From a virus (lineage: Duplodnaviria > Caudoviricetes), in the IMG/VR virus record IMGVR_UViG_3300020577_002562, positions 1 to 64,000 of that record: DNA of 64,000 bases; one strand, given 5' to 3'. This document shows positions 9,463-17,974 of the stretch, piece after piece. The notes below the pieces were generated by a model. The model ran no database searches. It saw only the letters and a program-made list of their open reading frames with translations, and was not told where the DNA came from. Every line of letters starts with the position of its first letter. Position 1 is the first letter of the stretch. A program made the position numbers and the translations under genes.

Positions 9463-9849
9463 TCACCAGCGAGAGTCGCAATCGCGGAGATATTCTTCCG
9501 CATCTGCGCGTTGCCGTTCGTTGATACGGTCTTTGCACGAACGGCAGGCGTAGTACACCGGACCGGCCATCCCTTCGTCGGGATCACGCCATGCAAAGAG
9601 CGACTGATTGGACTTGCTGCACGAGCCACAAGTGCCAGTGTAGAAACCGCCACCCTGCTGTGCCAGTTCTTGCTTGTACTGTGCGTAGCACTGATCGCAC
9701 ATATCGGCGTACTCGGCACCGAAGCTGTCGGTTTCGCCTTGCACGCGATACGCTGCCTTGATCGTCGGATGGGCATCGCACTGCGCATCCGCCGGAGCAG
9801 CGCGAGTGCAGCCCGGCAACGTGGAAACTGGACCAGAAACGTGTGCCAT
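9463..9849 (-). CDS. Cys-rich Zn-binding phage protein
   Basis: CDAH, QGETDSFG, CDQC, CGSC, CRSC; AGGAG SD. Confidence 0.75.
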   Translation of the reverse strand: MAHVSGPVSTLPGCTRAAPADAQCDAHPTIKAAYRVQGETDSFGAEYADMCDQCYAQYKQELAQQGGGFYTGTCGSCSKSNQSLFAWRDPDEGMAGPVYYACRSCKDRINERQRADAEEYLRDCDSRW

Positions 9850-9916
9850 GTCAATCTCCTTGTCTGTGATGTCTGTGGCGTCTGGGTATCTGGGTGTCTG
9901 GGTGAGTTGATGAGAG

Positions 9917-10171
9917 CTACGTCAAGTAGAGTGCGGTACCGCACTTGTTCTGGTCGCGGGGCGGAATGATCTTGGCCCACATCTTGACCGAGAGCCACAC
10001 GGGCCAGAAAGCGGCGGCCGGCAGCGCCCGGAATCCGTTGTATTGCCATGCAGCCTGTGGCAGACCGTTCGGTATTGGCGGCGGCTCTTCCCAATCCACA
10101 TGGTAGGCCGCGCCGAAGATGAACAGCGCGATCAGCAGATACCAGGCCAGAAAGAACTTGCGGTAGTTCAT
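9917..10171 (-). CDS. Small membrane protein
   Basis: Hydrophobic N-terminus; AGGAG SD. Confidence 0.6.
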   Translation of the reverse strand: MNYRKFFLAWYLLIALFIFGAAYHVDWEEPPPIPNGLPQAAWQYNGFRALPAAAFWPVWLSVKMWAKIIPPRDQNKCGTALYLT

Positions 10172-10374
10172 GGTTTCTCCTTGCGCTCGAATTCGAGCAC
10201 ACGACCTTCGTAGTGAACGGCCACTAACTTGTCGGTAGAGTGCAATGCGTTTTGCACATCGCGCAAGTCCATAACGGTGAATTGCCCACACCGTCCCAAC
10301 TCATTTGCAGGCGGCGGTGTCGAATCCACACGAAACTTGGAGCCGTTGACAACAAAGCTAACGAACAGAATCAT
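10168..10374 (-). CDS. Hypothetical protein
   Basis: ATGA overlaps at both ends. Confidence 0.6.
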   Translation of the reverse strand: MILFVSFVVNGSKFRVDSTPPPANELGRCGQFTVMDLRDVQNALHSTDKLVAVHYEGRVLEFERKEKP

Positions 10375-10682
10375 GGCTTCACTCCGTGGGACTTCAGATA
10401 CTCGTCGATGACCCGGAAGATGCGCAGCAGAGTTTCCACATTCCCGTACAGAAGCTGCTCGTTCGGAAACATCGTGTTGGTCACGTCGAACTCGCCTTGG
10501 TACACACGAAACTCGCCACGCACCAAGTTCGCGTCGCGTCGATGGTTAGAGTCGAGAGCCAAGCTGACTTCGTACCCGTGGTAGTTGAACTTGACGCAAG
10601 ACCTCCAGTTGGTCTCGCCTCGGCTGGCGTCAACCAACGTCTGACCCACGGTTTGATTCGGTATCCAGATCAAGTTGTTCAC
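10371..10682 (-). CDS. Hypothetical protein
   Basis: Packed run. Confidence 0.6.
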   Translation of the reverse strand: MNNLIWIPNQTVGQTLVDASRGETNWRSCVKFNYHGYEVSLALDSNHRRDANLVRGEFRVYQGEFDVTNTMFPNEQLLYGNVETLLRIFRVIDEYLKSHGVKP

Positions 10683-10695
10683 CTCAGTTCTCCGT

Positions 10696-10965
10696 TCAAA
10701 TGTCGTCCGGGTACATGCCGCCCGCTACAGGCGTGTTCTCGTCGGGCAGGTGGTTCAAGCTGACTTGCAGGTCGGTCCACTTGTTGCCGAACTGTTCGGC
10801 CTGCGGATACTTGGCTTGCGCCTGCTCCGTAGTCTCGAAGTTGTCCAGAAACGTCTTGCGCGGCTGGCCGGCAAGAATGCTGTTGGTAGGGAACTGGTCC
10901 CAGCCGAGTACGTCGATGCCGCCGTAGCGGCCTTGCCGCAGCGTGTAACGTTGGTACTTGCTCAT
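10696..10965 (-). CDS. Hypothetical protein
   Basis: Start MSKYQ with GGAG SD. Confidence 0.7.
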   Translation of the reverse strand: MSKYQRYTLRQGRYGGIDVLGWDQFPTNSILAGQPRKTFLDNFETTEQAQAKYPQAEQFGNKWTDLQVSLNHLPDENTPVAGGMYPDDI

Positions 10966-11333
10966 TTCAACAACTCCGCTTTGCGTGCGGCGAAGGCCGC
11001 GACTGCCAACAGTTGCCAAACACCCAGAACTTCCGAGGTGATCAGATCACGCAAGTCAAACATCGACGCTCCCATGAACACCCCGTTGCTTGCGATGGCG
11101 ATCAGAGTCAACGGAATGCCCCAGGATGGTGGCAAGGCGCTGTAGAAAGCCACCTCGGAAACTGCCACCATCGGATGCAGATGCATCATCCAGGCCCAGA
11201 CCAGATTCGTCACCAGCAGCAGACCGATGGGCATCCACCGCTGACTCATGCCGGTATACGTGGTGAAGTAGCGCCCCGGCTGCATCAGCATCAGCCGGAA
11301 GGCTTCGACGAAGATGAGTGCAAAGTATCTCAT
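10962..11333 (-). CDS. Integral membrane protein
   Basis: About three hydrophobic segments. Confidence 0.65.
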   Translation of the reverse strand: MRYFALIFVEAFRLMLMQPGRYFTTYTGMSQRWMPIGLLLVTNLVWAWMMHLHPMVAVSEVAFYSALPPSWGIPLTLIAIASNGVFMGASMFDLRDLITSEVLGVWQLLAVAAFAARKAELLK

Positions 11334-11340
11334 CTGGACA

Positions 11341-11910
11341 TCACTTCATGACGGCAGCGAACGCTTGCCCCATCGCCGTGTTCGGCGGAATCAGAGCAGC
11401 TAGTTCAGCAGCCACTCGGGCCGAGTGTTCCGCATGGATACGTTCGCGCTCCGCCTCGATCAGATGGCGCGGTTGCAGTGCACGCACGGACAGCGCCTGA
11501 ATCGCGCGGTCTTTGGCGATCACGCGAATGCCGGGCAGCGGCCGGACCAGCGGCTTGCACACGATGATGCGGCGCGGCTTGGTCTTGGCGACGACTTGGC
11601 GAATCTTGGGCAGCGTCACTGCCAAGTTCACCAGCACGTGCAGGCTGCGATGGTCGGCATCTGGGCTGTACTTGCGCACGAAGTCCAAGTGATCCAGCAC
11701 GCGCAGCGCCCCGTTCACATGGATGTCATCGCCGACGGCCAAGTACCAACCACGGCCCTGGTCCAGCAGTTCACAGGTCTTGAACTTCAGGCAGTCGGTG
11801 TTGAAGTGCTTGCGCAGCCGTTCGACGTCCTGCTTGCTGATGCGCAGCGCGAACTGGCAGTCAGTGGTGTTCTGGTGCTTCGGGAAAATCGTGTAGCCGT
11901 TGCGGATCAT
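11341..11910 (-). CDS. Hypothetical protein
   Basis: AGGAG SD; high GC3. Confidence 0.75.
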   Translation of the reverse strand: MIRNGYTIFPKHQNTTDCQFALRISKQDVERLRKHFNTDCLKFKTCELLDQGRGWYLAVGDDIHVNGALRVLDHLDFVRKYSPDADHRSLHVLVNLAVTLPKIRQVVAKTKPRRIIVCKPLVRPLPGIRVIAKDRAIQALSVRALQPRHLIEAERERIHAEHSARVAAELAALIPPNTAMGQAFAAVMK

Positions 11911-11964
11911 GGTTAGCTCCTACCGTTGCGGTGGTTGAGTATCGTGAACTCGGAAAACAACTCC

Positions 11965-11991
11965 AGGGTGGAGCGTCAGACGCTCCACCCT
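11965..11991. repeat. Perfect inverted repeat (13-bp arms, 1-nt centre)
   Basis: AGGGTGGAGCGTC-A-GACGCTCCACCCT. Confidence 0.85.
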
Positions 11992-11998
11992 CATGGCA

Positions 11999-12535
11999 CT
12001 ACTTCAGATCGGCCGCCTTGCTCACGGCAGAAGCGGAGCCGGTGACATCACGCTTGGCGGTTTCCAGGGCGAAGCACGCACGCTCGAAGCGCCGCTTCAT
12101 CGTGGGCGTCGGCCAGCCGCCAATCTGCGCCACCAACGTTTCCACCTTCTTGATGATCTTGGCGCTGTCGGTGGTCTTGACCAGATGATTTGCCCGGATC
12201 AGCGCACGTTGCGCCGAGTTGTGTTCACGTGCGGGGTGTTCGAGACGCACGGTTGCATCGAAGATCGCACGACTGGCCACCTTCTTGGAGAGTTGGCTGC
12301 GCAACGTTTCATACCGGGCAGCTTCTTTTTCCGTGGCCAGTTGCCACCCGGCCGCTTTGATCGAGGCCAGCTTCGTCGAAGCGGCGTACTTCTTGACCAG
12401 ATCGGCCAGCGTGATGTTTGGATCGACTCGGGCTGCGACAAACAGTCGTGCCCCGATCCGCTTGAACTGCTTGTACTTGTCGTAGAAGTTGTGGCTCACC
12501 CAGACTTCTTGACTCTGATACGTGATATATGGCAT
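11999..12535 (-). CDS. Basic helical protein, paralog A
   Basis: MPYITYQ...KQFKRIGARLF; alignable end to end with 12692-13213. Confidence 0.8.
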   Translation of the reverse strand: MPYITYQSQEVWVSHNFYDKYKQFKRIGARLFVAARVDPNITLADLVKKYAASTKLASIKAAGWQLATEKEAARYETLRSQLSKKVASRAIFDATVRLEHPAREHNSAQRALIRANHLVKTTDSAKIIKKVETLVAQIGGWPTPTMKRRFERACFALETAKRDVTGSASAVSKAADLK

Positions 12536-12691
12536 GATGGTTCTCCGTGAGATTGGGCAACTCCGTGCCCGGTTGATGATCAGTGCCGGCAGATACGCAG
12601 TTGCGGCGCTTCGACTCGCTTGTACGGTTCGATCTGGGCGATCCAGAATGCCAAGTCGTCGGCGTCAGACGCTCCGCCCTTGGGACAGCAC

Positions 12692-13213
12692 TCAGCTATC
12701 CGACTTGGCAGTTCTCGGTTCGATCATCGACTTGAGCGACTCGACTGCAAGGCAAGCACGCTCGAAGCTCTGCCGCGCGGTCTGTGAAGGCCAGCCGCCG
12801 GCTTCGGCCACCATCTTCTCCACCCGCACTTGGATCTTCAGCAGATCCAGCTTCCGGGCAGAAACGACTGCCGCATCCAGGTCACGCTGCGCTTTGCGGT
12901 AGCGGCGTGGTAGCGCGTTGAGGCGATAGGCCGCCGATGAGATCGCGCGAGAGGCCGCCTTCTTGGCGAGTTGGCGACGCAGCGTTTCGTACTGGACAGC
13001 CTCGCGTTCCGAGGCTGGCGTCCATCCCGCCGACTTGATCGACGCCAGCTTCGCCGAAGCGCCATGCTTCTTGACCAGTTCGGCCAGCGTGACGTTGGGG
13101 TTGATCTTGGCCGAAATGAACAGGCGCGCTCCGATCTTCTTGAACTGTCGGTACTTGTTGTAGAATCCTTGGGTCGTCACAATGTCTTCGCCTTGGTACG
13201 TGATATATGGCAT
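12692..13213 (-). CDS. Basic helical protein, paralog B
   Basis: MPYITYQ...RQFKKIGARLF; same upstream TCTCACGGAGAACC. Confidence 0.8.
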   Translation of the reverse strand: MPYITYQGEDIVTTQGFYNKYRQFKKIGARLFISAKINPNVTLAELVKKHGASAKLASIKSAGWTPASEREAVQYETLRRQLAKKAASRAISSAAYRLNALPRRYRKAQRDLDAAVVSARKLDLLKIQVRVEKMVAEAGGWPSQTARQSFERACLAVESLKSMIEPRTAKSDS

Positions 13214-13232
13214 GAGGGTTCTCCGTGAGAAA

Positions 13233-13252
13233 GGCGGTGACCGGTCACCGCC
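13233..13252. repeat. Perfect 20-bp palindrome, possible terminator or processing site
   Basis: GGCGGTGACC|GGTCACCGCC. Confidence 0.8.
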
Positions 13253-13259
13253 GGGTTGA

Positions 13260-13589
13260 TCAAGACAGACTCACCGTGCCGCTGGGCACGTTGCCGTCGC
13301 TGTGTGACAAGTCGAACCGGAAGACCGGGCCGAGATTCCACTCATAGACGCGATACGCCATGTAGTTGTCTTCCAGACGGCGCCAGTCTGCGTAGCTGGC
13401 GACCCACTGCTCGAAGTCGGCAAGCGACTTGAAGAACTTGATGTAGGCGTGTTGGAAACCACAGGGCCAAGTGCTGAACGAGTAGACCGCAGCGTACTCG
13501 GCATCGGCAGGCCAATCGTGGCCGGCGGTGCGATGGCTGTCCAGGTGGTCGGCCACCGCACTACTGATCTGAAGTTGGTGCATTTGCAT
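13260..13589 (-). CDS. Hypothetical early protein
   Basis: GGAGA SD; high GC3. Confidence 0.7.
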   Translation of the reverse strand: MQMHQLQISSAVADHLDSHRTAGHDWPADAEYAAVYSFSTWPCGFQHAYIKFFKSLADFEQWVASYADWRRLEDNYMAYRVYEWNLGPVFRFDLSHSDGNVPSGTVSLS

Positions 13590-13715
13590 GCAAGTCTCCG
13601 TCGGTTGCCCTCATACGAGGGATGCTAGCGAATTTCTGTTGCCAAGCACCGCTAGCCGGGTCTGTATGCCCATACTCCGCAAGCCAGCCACAGCCGCTTG
13701 CAGAAACTGTCTCGC

Positions 13716-13922
13716 TCAATCTTCGTCAGACTCCTCATCCAGTTGGTGACTCATAGAACTGGCAATCGCCAGGGCTTGTCCGAACATCAACCGATGCTGG
13801 CCGAGACATACGCGATCAGACTCGCGTCGCCCCTTGCTCTTGGTCTTCCTGGCCACGATCTTTTTCTGACCGTTGATGAAGACCACTCGCTTGCCAGGCA
13901 TCACAGACTTCTTCATGTCCAC
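13716..13922 (-). CDS. Small hypothetical early protein
   Basis: First ORF after the promoter at 14011-14038. Confidence 0.55.
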   Translation of the reverse strand: MDMKKSVMPGKRVVFINGQKKIVARKTKSKGRRESDRVCLGQHRLMFGQALAIASSMSHQLDEESDED

Positions 13923-14010
13923 GCTCCATTAGTGGGCCGTTGAAGGCGCCGGCCGGAACCGGCGAAAATGTAACCAATTGTAACCGTCTGCTGGTCTGGT
14001 GCTTGCATCC

Positions 14011-14038
14011 ATTGTAGCACAAAAACCGCCGAAATCAA
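14011..14038 (-). promoter_or_regulatory. sigma70-type early promoter
   Basis: TTGATT-16-TACAAT with TG extended -10 and upstream A-tracts. Confidence 0.7.
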
Positions 14039-14142
14039 GCGGTTTTTGTGCAGTGCAGCATGGTTTTTGATGGTTTTTGCGCGGTACCAGTGACCGTATG
14101 CTTGCCCGGCTAGCGTAGGCCACAACCAAGAATGCGGGCCGT

Positions 14143-14763
14143 CTAGTCGGATCTGGCTACCAACATCGACTTGTACTTGTGGAATGTGAAATCAGGGGCG
14201 CAGTCTAGCAGCCTTCGAGCTACGTTTCGATGGGCATATTGATGGAGCGCGTGTTGATCTGTACCGTTGACGCAAGCATCTATATACCCTTCGATGTAAC
14301 CTGTAGCCATTGCAGCACCACTGCCAGCAGCAAACACAGTGACCGGTTGGTCTATCTCTACCTGATGTACGTTCAAGTAGCTCCAGAAAGGGAAAATGCC
14401 ATAGCCAGATACCAACACACCCTCGACCGGTAGATCCAGCAGTCCAGTCTCTGGGTCATGCACCGGCGACCATAGAGTATCTCGCCCATTGTCGAACAAC
14501 ATATCAAGCAATGTACGAACCTCTTCTACATTGGTGGGTTCGCGTGTGATGCTGAACTTTTGCTTGGCGCTCTGAAGCAAAGCACAATAAGCTGAAGGAC
14601 CCGTGACTCCGATGGTACATAGCGGCTTGTCCGTTTCTGATGACATGATCGTGACCAGCTTATTCATCGAGAGCGGACCTGTCACTAAGCCTGATACTCG
14701 CGTATCAGCACTTATCATGTAGCTCGCCTCTTCTTGCAAATAGGTTGCGATGATGCATGTCAT
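14143..14763 (-). CDS. Ntn-hydrolase (HslV/proteasome-beta-like) peptidase
   Basis: MTCIIA N-terminal Thr, ADTRVS, IGVTG, AAGSGA. Confidence 0.7.
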   Translation of the reverse strand: MTCIIATYLQEEASYMISADTRVSGLVTGPLSMNKLVTIMSSETDKPLCTIGVTGPSAYCALLQSAKQKFSITREPTNVEEVRTLLDMLFDNGRDTLWSPVHDPETGLLDLPVEGVLVSGYGIFPFWSYLNVHQVEIDQPVTVFAAGSGAAMATGYIEGYIDACVNGTDQHALHQYAHRNVARRLLDCAPDFTFHKYKSMLVARSD

Positions 14764-14766
14764 GGT

Positions 14767-15642
14767 CTATGCTTTGCCTTTCCAGAATCCAAGATGTTTA
14801 CGGTTGAATGAATCGAGCTTGCGACGTTGTTCTTCAGACAACTGCTTGCGCGGCTTGGGTTGCCGTAGCTGCGGCCACGGTTCTGTTGGCTGGATGAAGA
14901 AGCCCACCAACTGCCGCTGTAACTTGATGTGCTCCCATGAAGATTGTCTGATCCGGGCTGCTATGCCAGTCAACGACTTGCGTGCCTTCCATATGCTGCG
15001 CAAGTCACCGTACTCTGCTATCAGTTTCTGCGCGGTACCTGGTCCGATGCCGACCACGCCAGGAATGTCGTCTACGCCATCACCCACCAACGCCAAGTAG
15101 TCATGGAACTGTTCTGGTGTGACCCCGTACCGCTTACGCATTCGGCTGACAGTCAACTCTGTTGGGTCTTTGCCGTTCCATATGCGAACGGTTTTACGTA
15201 GCAGCACGTTGAAGTCTTTGTCTCCGCTAACAACCACCACGTCATCGGCAGGTCCGGCTGCTCTACAATAGCTGCCAATCCAGTCATCTGCCTCGACACC
15301 CTTCTTGTGCGCTACGTGGTAGCCTAACAAGCGAACCAGTTGGCGTGCCAGCTTGGCCTGAACACGGAAGTCGTCTAGTTCGCGCTGCTTCTTCTTGTCT
15401 TTGCTACTGCGCAACCGACTGATCTTGTAGTCTGGGTACAGATCGTGACGTGGCCCTCTACCACCACCATCGAAGCAAACTGCGGTATGCGTAGGCGCGT
15501 ATCTACCGACGCATTCGCCAATCTTGTTCAGCAAGCCCTTCACAGCATGTGTGGACTGACCGTTGTACGTCAGCCGATCCATCGCATAGAAGGCGCGCCA
15601 CATCATATTGTTGGCGTCAATGATAAGTATCTTCCTAGGCAT
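14767..15642 (-). CDS. 5'-3' exonuclease / flap endonuclease (PolI N-terminal-like)
   Basis: LIIDANN, VCFD, YPDYK, GVEADD, SGDKDF, ALVGDGVDDIPGV.GIGP.TA. Confidence 0.95.
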   Translation of the reverse strand: MPRKILIIDANNMMWRAFYAMDRLTYNGQSTHAVKGLLNKIGECVGRYAPTHTAVCFDGGGRGPRHDLYPDYKISRLRSSKDKKKQRELDDFRVQAKLARQLVRLLGYHVAHKKGVEADDWIGSYCRAAGPADDVVVVSGDKDFNVLLRKTVRIWNGKDPTELTVSRMRKRYGVTPEQFHDYLALVGDGVDDIPGVVGIGPGTAQKLIAEYGDLRSIWKARKSLTGIAARIRQSSWEHIKLQRQLVGFFIQPTEPWPQLRQPKPRKQLSEEQRRKLDSFNRKHLGFWKGKA

Positions 15643-16654
15643 TGTTCTGTTCCATGTCACCAGCGTCACTCACGTCACTCATGTCAATGCGGTCACCACG
15701 CCCGAACCGTTTGAAGTAGCTCTTGATCAGATCCAACGGCATGTCCATAGGATCGATCTTGTCCCTCTTCAGTCTGCGTGCGTCTTCCAACAGCCGGCAG
15801 ACCTTCACTTCCACACGGTCAACCAGCAGCTTGCGTATGTCATTGCTGGCTTTCCGGCCAGGCTCATCACCGTCCATCATCAGCACCACTCTAGTCACTC
15901 CCATGTTGACAATGATGTCGGCTTTCGCTTCCGTAAAGTTATTCGTGCCCATGATGCAGACTGCTGGTATGCCTAATCTGATCAACCGCAGCGCATCACG
16001 TTGACCTTCCACCAACCACATAGTACGCGGTCGGCCGACCCTGTGAATCGGCCACAGTGCTTCATCGCGCACCCAGTTGCCACGCGCATTGATAAACGTC
16101 GGCCCTTCTTTAGGCTTCTCAAACCACGCTTTGAAGCCGCCTATCATGTCACCACCGATACCATAGACTGGGAAGACCAGGCACTCTTCTCCACTGGTGC
16201 TGCACAGAGCATACAACGCGTTGAGTTTCGCCAGGTACCGGAACGAGAAACCACGCCACTTGCCGATGCCTCTATTATGCTGTGCCAGTGGTTTGTTGAA
16301 CGTGCACGCCAGGTCTTCCAGCAACTGATCGATTGTCAGTTCAGAGAACACCTGTGTCTTGATTTCACGCCGGCGTGCGTACACATCCGTTTGCTTGCCT
16401 ACAGCTATCTGCTGCAAGCCAAGTACGCCAGCCAGTTCATTCCACGGACCCTTCTTCTTGCAACCCCAGCAATAGAAGTAGCCAACTGGAACCAAGTGGC
16501 CTTTGCTAAACAGATTGTCTTGCAGATTGACGCTGCAACTAGGTCGCGTTTCTTGGTGGAACGGACACGGTACCATGCCCTTGGTTTCAGTGACACGAGC
16601 ACCTGGTACGCGTTCCACTTCGGCTCGTATCATGTTGCGTTCGCTATCGAGCAC
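15635..16654 (-). CDS. DNA primase (CHC2 Zn finger + TOPRIM)
   Basis: CPFHQE.RPSC...FYCWGC; LVEGQRDA; MMDGDEPG. Confidence 0.9.
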   Translation of the reverse strand: MLDSERNMIRAEVERVPGARVTETKGMVPCPFHQETRPSCSVNLQDNLFSKGHLVPVGYFYCWGCKKKGPWNELAGVLGLQQIAVGKQTDVYARRREIKTQVFSELTIDQLLEDLACTFNKPLAQHNRGIGKWRGFSFRYLAKLNALYALCSTSGEECLVFPVYGIGGDMIGGFKAWFEKPKEGPTFINARGNWVRDEALWPIHRVGRPRTMWLVEGQRDALRLIRLGIPAVCIMGTNNFTEAKADIIVNMGVTRVVLMMDGDEPGRKASNDIRKLLVDRVEVKVCRLLEDARRLKRDKIDPMDMPLDLIKSYFKRFGRGDRIDMSDVSDAGDMEQNNA

Positions 16655-17233
16655 CTCTACCTCTCACTTGTTTTGGTCTTGAGCATGACATACTTTACCG
16701 ATTCGCTTTCGTTCGTCTAGTCAGCGTTCCTCTAGGCTCAGGACGTAGACGTAGTTTCGGACGGTACTGTGACCTGCTGGACCCCGGAGTTGTTTCTCAT
16801 CCCTTGTTCTTTAGTTGTCTTGTTCCTTGGTGCTTTGGTGAATTGTTGACTTGTGGTACTGTTTGGTATCCAGGTACTCCGCTGGCGCTTCGTACCTGGA
16901 AGCAATCTCGCTGTCGCTCGATTGCAGTGATCTGTCGGACCTACGGTCCTTATTCGCTTCGCTCGTGTTTCGTTTCACTCAACGAAGGTCGTCCTCGCAT
17001 GAGTGCTTTGCCGACGGTGTAGAGTATTGTACCATAGTCGAAGTGTCAAAACTCGACCAGAAATGGAGTGCGTTTTCGAGCCCAGCAAAAGGCATGGTTT
17101 CGCGCTCTCGTAATTGTTAGACCAACCATTGTGAAATCGCAATTTCGCCTGATTTGACCCTCAAAACCACAGTCGAAAAGTAGCCGATTTTTGGCCGAAA
17201 AAAGGCACCACCAGACCACCATCTGACCGAAAA

Positions 17234-17261
17234 TCTGGTGCGCTCTGGTGCGCTCTGGTGC
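17234..17261. repeat. 10-bp tandem repeat TCTGGTGCGC x2.8
   Basis: Read directly from the sequence. Confidence 0.9.
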
Positions 17262-17275
17262 CGACCACTTTTCGC

Positions 17276-17286
17276 ACTGTAAAGTA
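17276..17286 (+). promoter_or_regulatory. Candidate phage promoter ACTGTAAAGTA
   Basis: Identical 11-mer at 29489-29499 with the same spacing to the next ATG. Confidence 0.55.
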
Positions 17287-17317
17287 GACCGTGTTCAACA
17301 TGTAGGGAAAGGCAATC

Positions 17318-17659
17318 ATGACGACAACTGAATCGGAGTTGGGTAAAGCGCTCCCGCCAACGCGATATGCACTTTACCAAATTCTAGAATCCAAGTCCAT
17401 AGCGGGGCTGGTCCGTGAAGTGAACGAGATGTTGTACGCCGCACCGATAGACGGCCACACTGCTTGGGATTGCTTCGGCTCTCCGATGGTTGTTCCTGGT
17501 GGTCATTGGGCACAAGCGATGCTTCGTCGTCGTTTAGAAAGCGCCCAACGAATGCCCTTCTATGTCACTTGCACTGAATGTCTAACGACGCAGGAGTGTC
17601 TAAACAAAGACCGCTGTCAACGTACAGGGAAAGAGTTGACCAAAGGCTTGATGCCGTAG
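17318..17659 (+). CDS. Hypothetical protein (DUF1737-like N-part, Cys-rich C-terminus)
   Basis: LVREVNEML...W.CFGSP...WAQAM; CTEC. Confidence 0.6.
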   Translation: MTTTESELGKALPPTRYALYQILESKSIAGLVREVNEMLYAAPIDGHTAWDCFGSPMVVPGGHWAQAMLRRRLESAQRMPFYVTCTECLTTQECLNKDRCQRTGKELTKGLMP

Positions 17660-17671
17660 CGGCGCAATGAC

Positions 17672-17965
17672 ATGAATACTGAATCAACGAACCTCACGAA
17701 CTCCACGAAACGAGACACTGCAATGGCAACAGCATACGAGAACGCATACGGCAGCCGCAAGAAGCAACTCCCTCGACCAGCACAATGCACATGCGGAGGT
17801 GCTATGAATTGGAAGGGGTCCGCGCTGCGCAAAGCATCTATCGAGGAACAGAGCACTCTACAGTGTGGTAAGTGTCATTCCGAATTCACCATTGCACTGG
17901 ATCAAACAACTATCTACCTGACCCGACGTTCAGTTGTACTGGCATGGAATGAGTCTCGAAAGTGA
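17672..17965 (+). CDS. Zn-ribbon (Lar-like) protein
   Basis: CTCGG...CGKC...AWN. Confidence 0.55.
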   Translation: MNTESTNLTNSTKRDTAMATAYENAYGSRKKQLPRPAQCTCGGAMNWKGSALRKASIEEQSTLQCGKCHSEFTIALDQTTIYLTRRSVVLAWNESRK

Positions 17966-17974
17966 GAAGGCTTC

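Larger units (their letters stand above)
16655..17317. other. Divergent non-coding control region, candidate origin
   Basis: Strand switch, no convincing ORF, tandem repeat and phased A/T tracts. Confidence 0.45.

Noticed and set aside
17026-17049. Minus-strand TTGACA...TACAAT sigma70 promoter
   Set aside because: The spacer is only 12 bp, and the alternative -10 at 17 bp (TACTCT) is weak, so it is not called.
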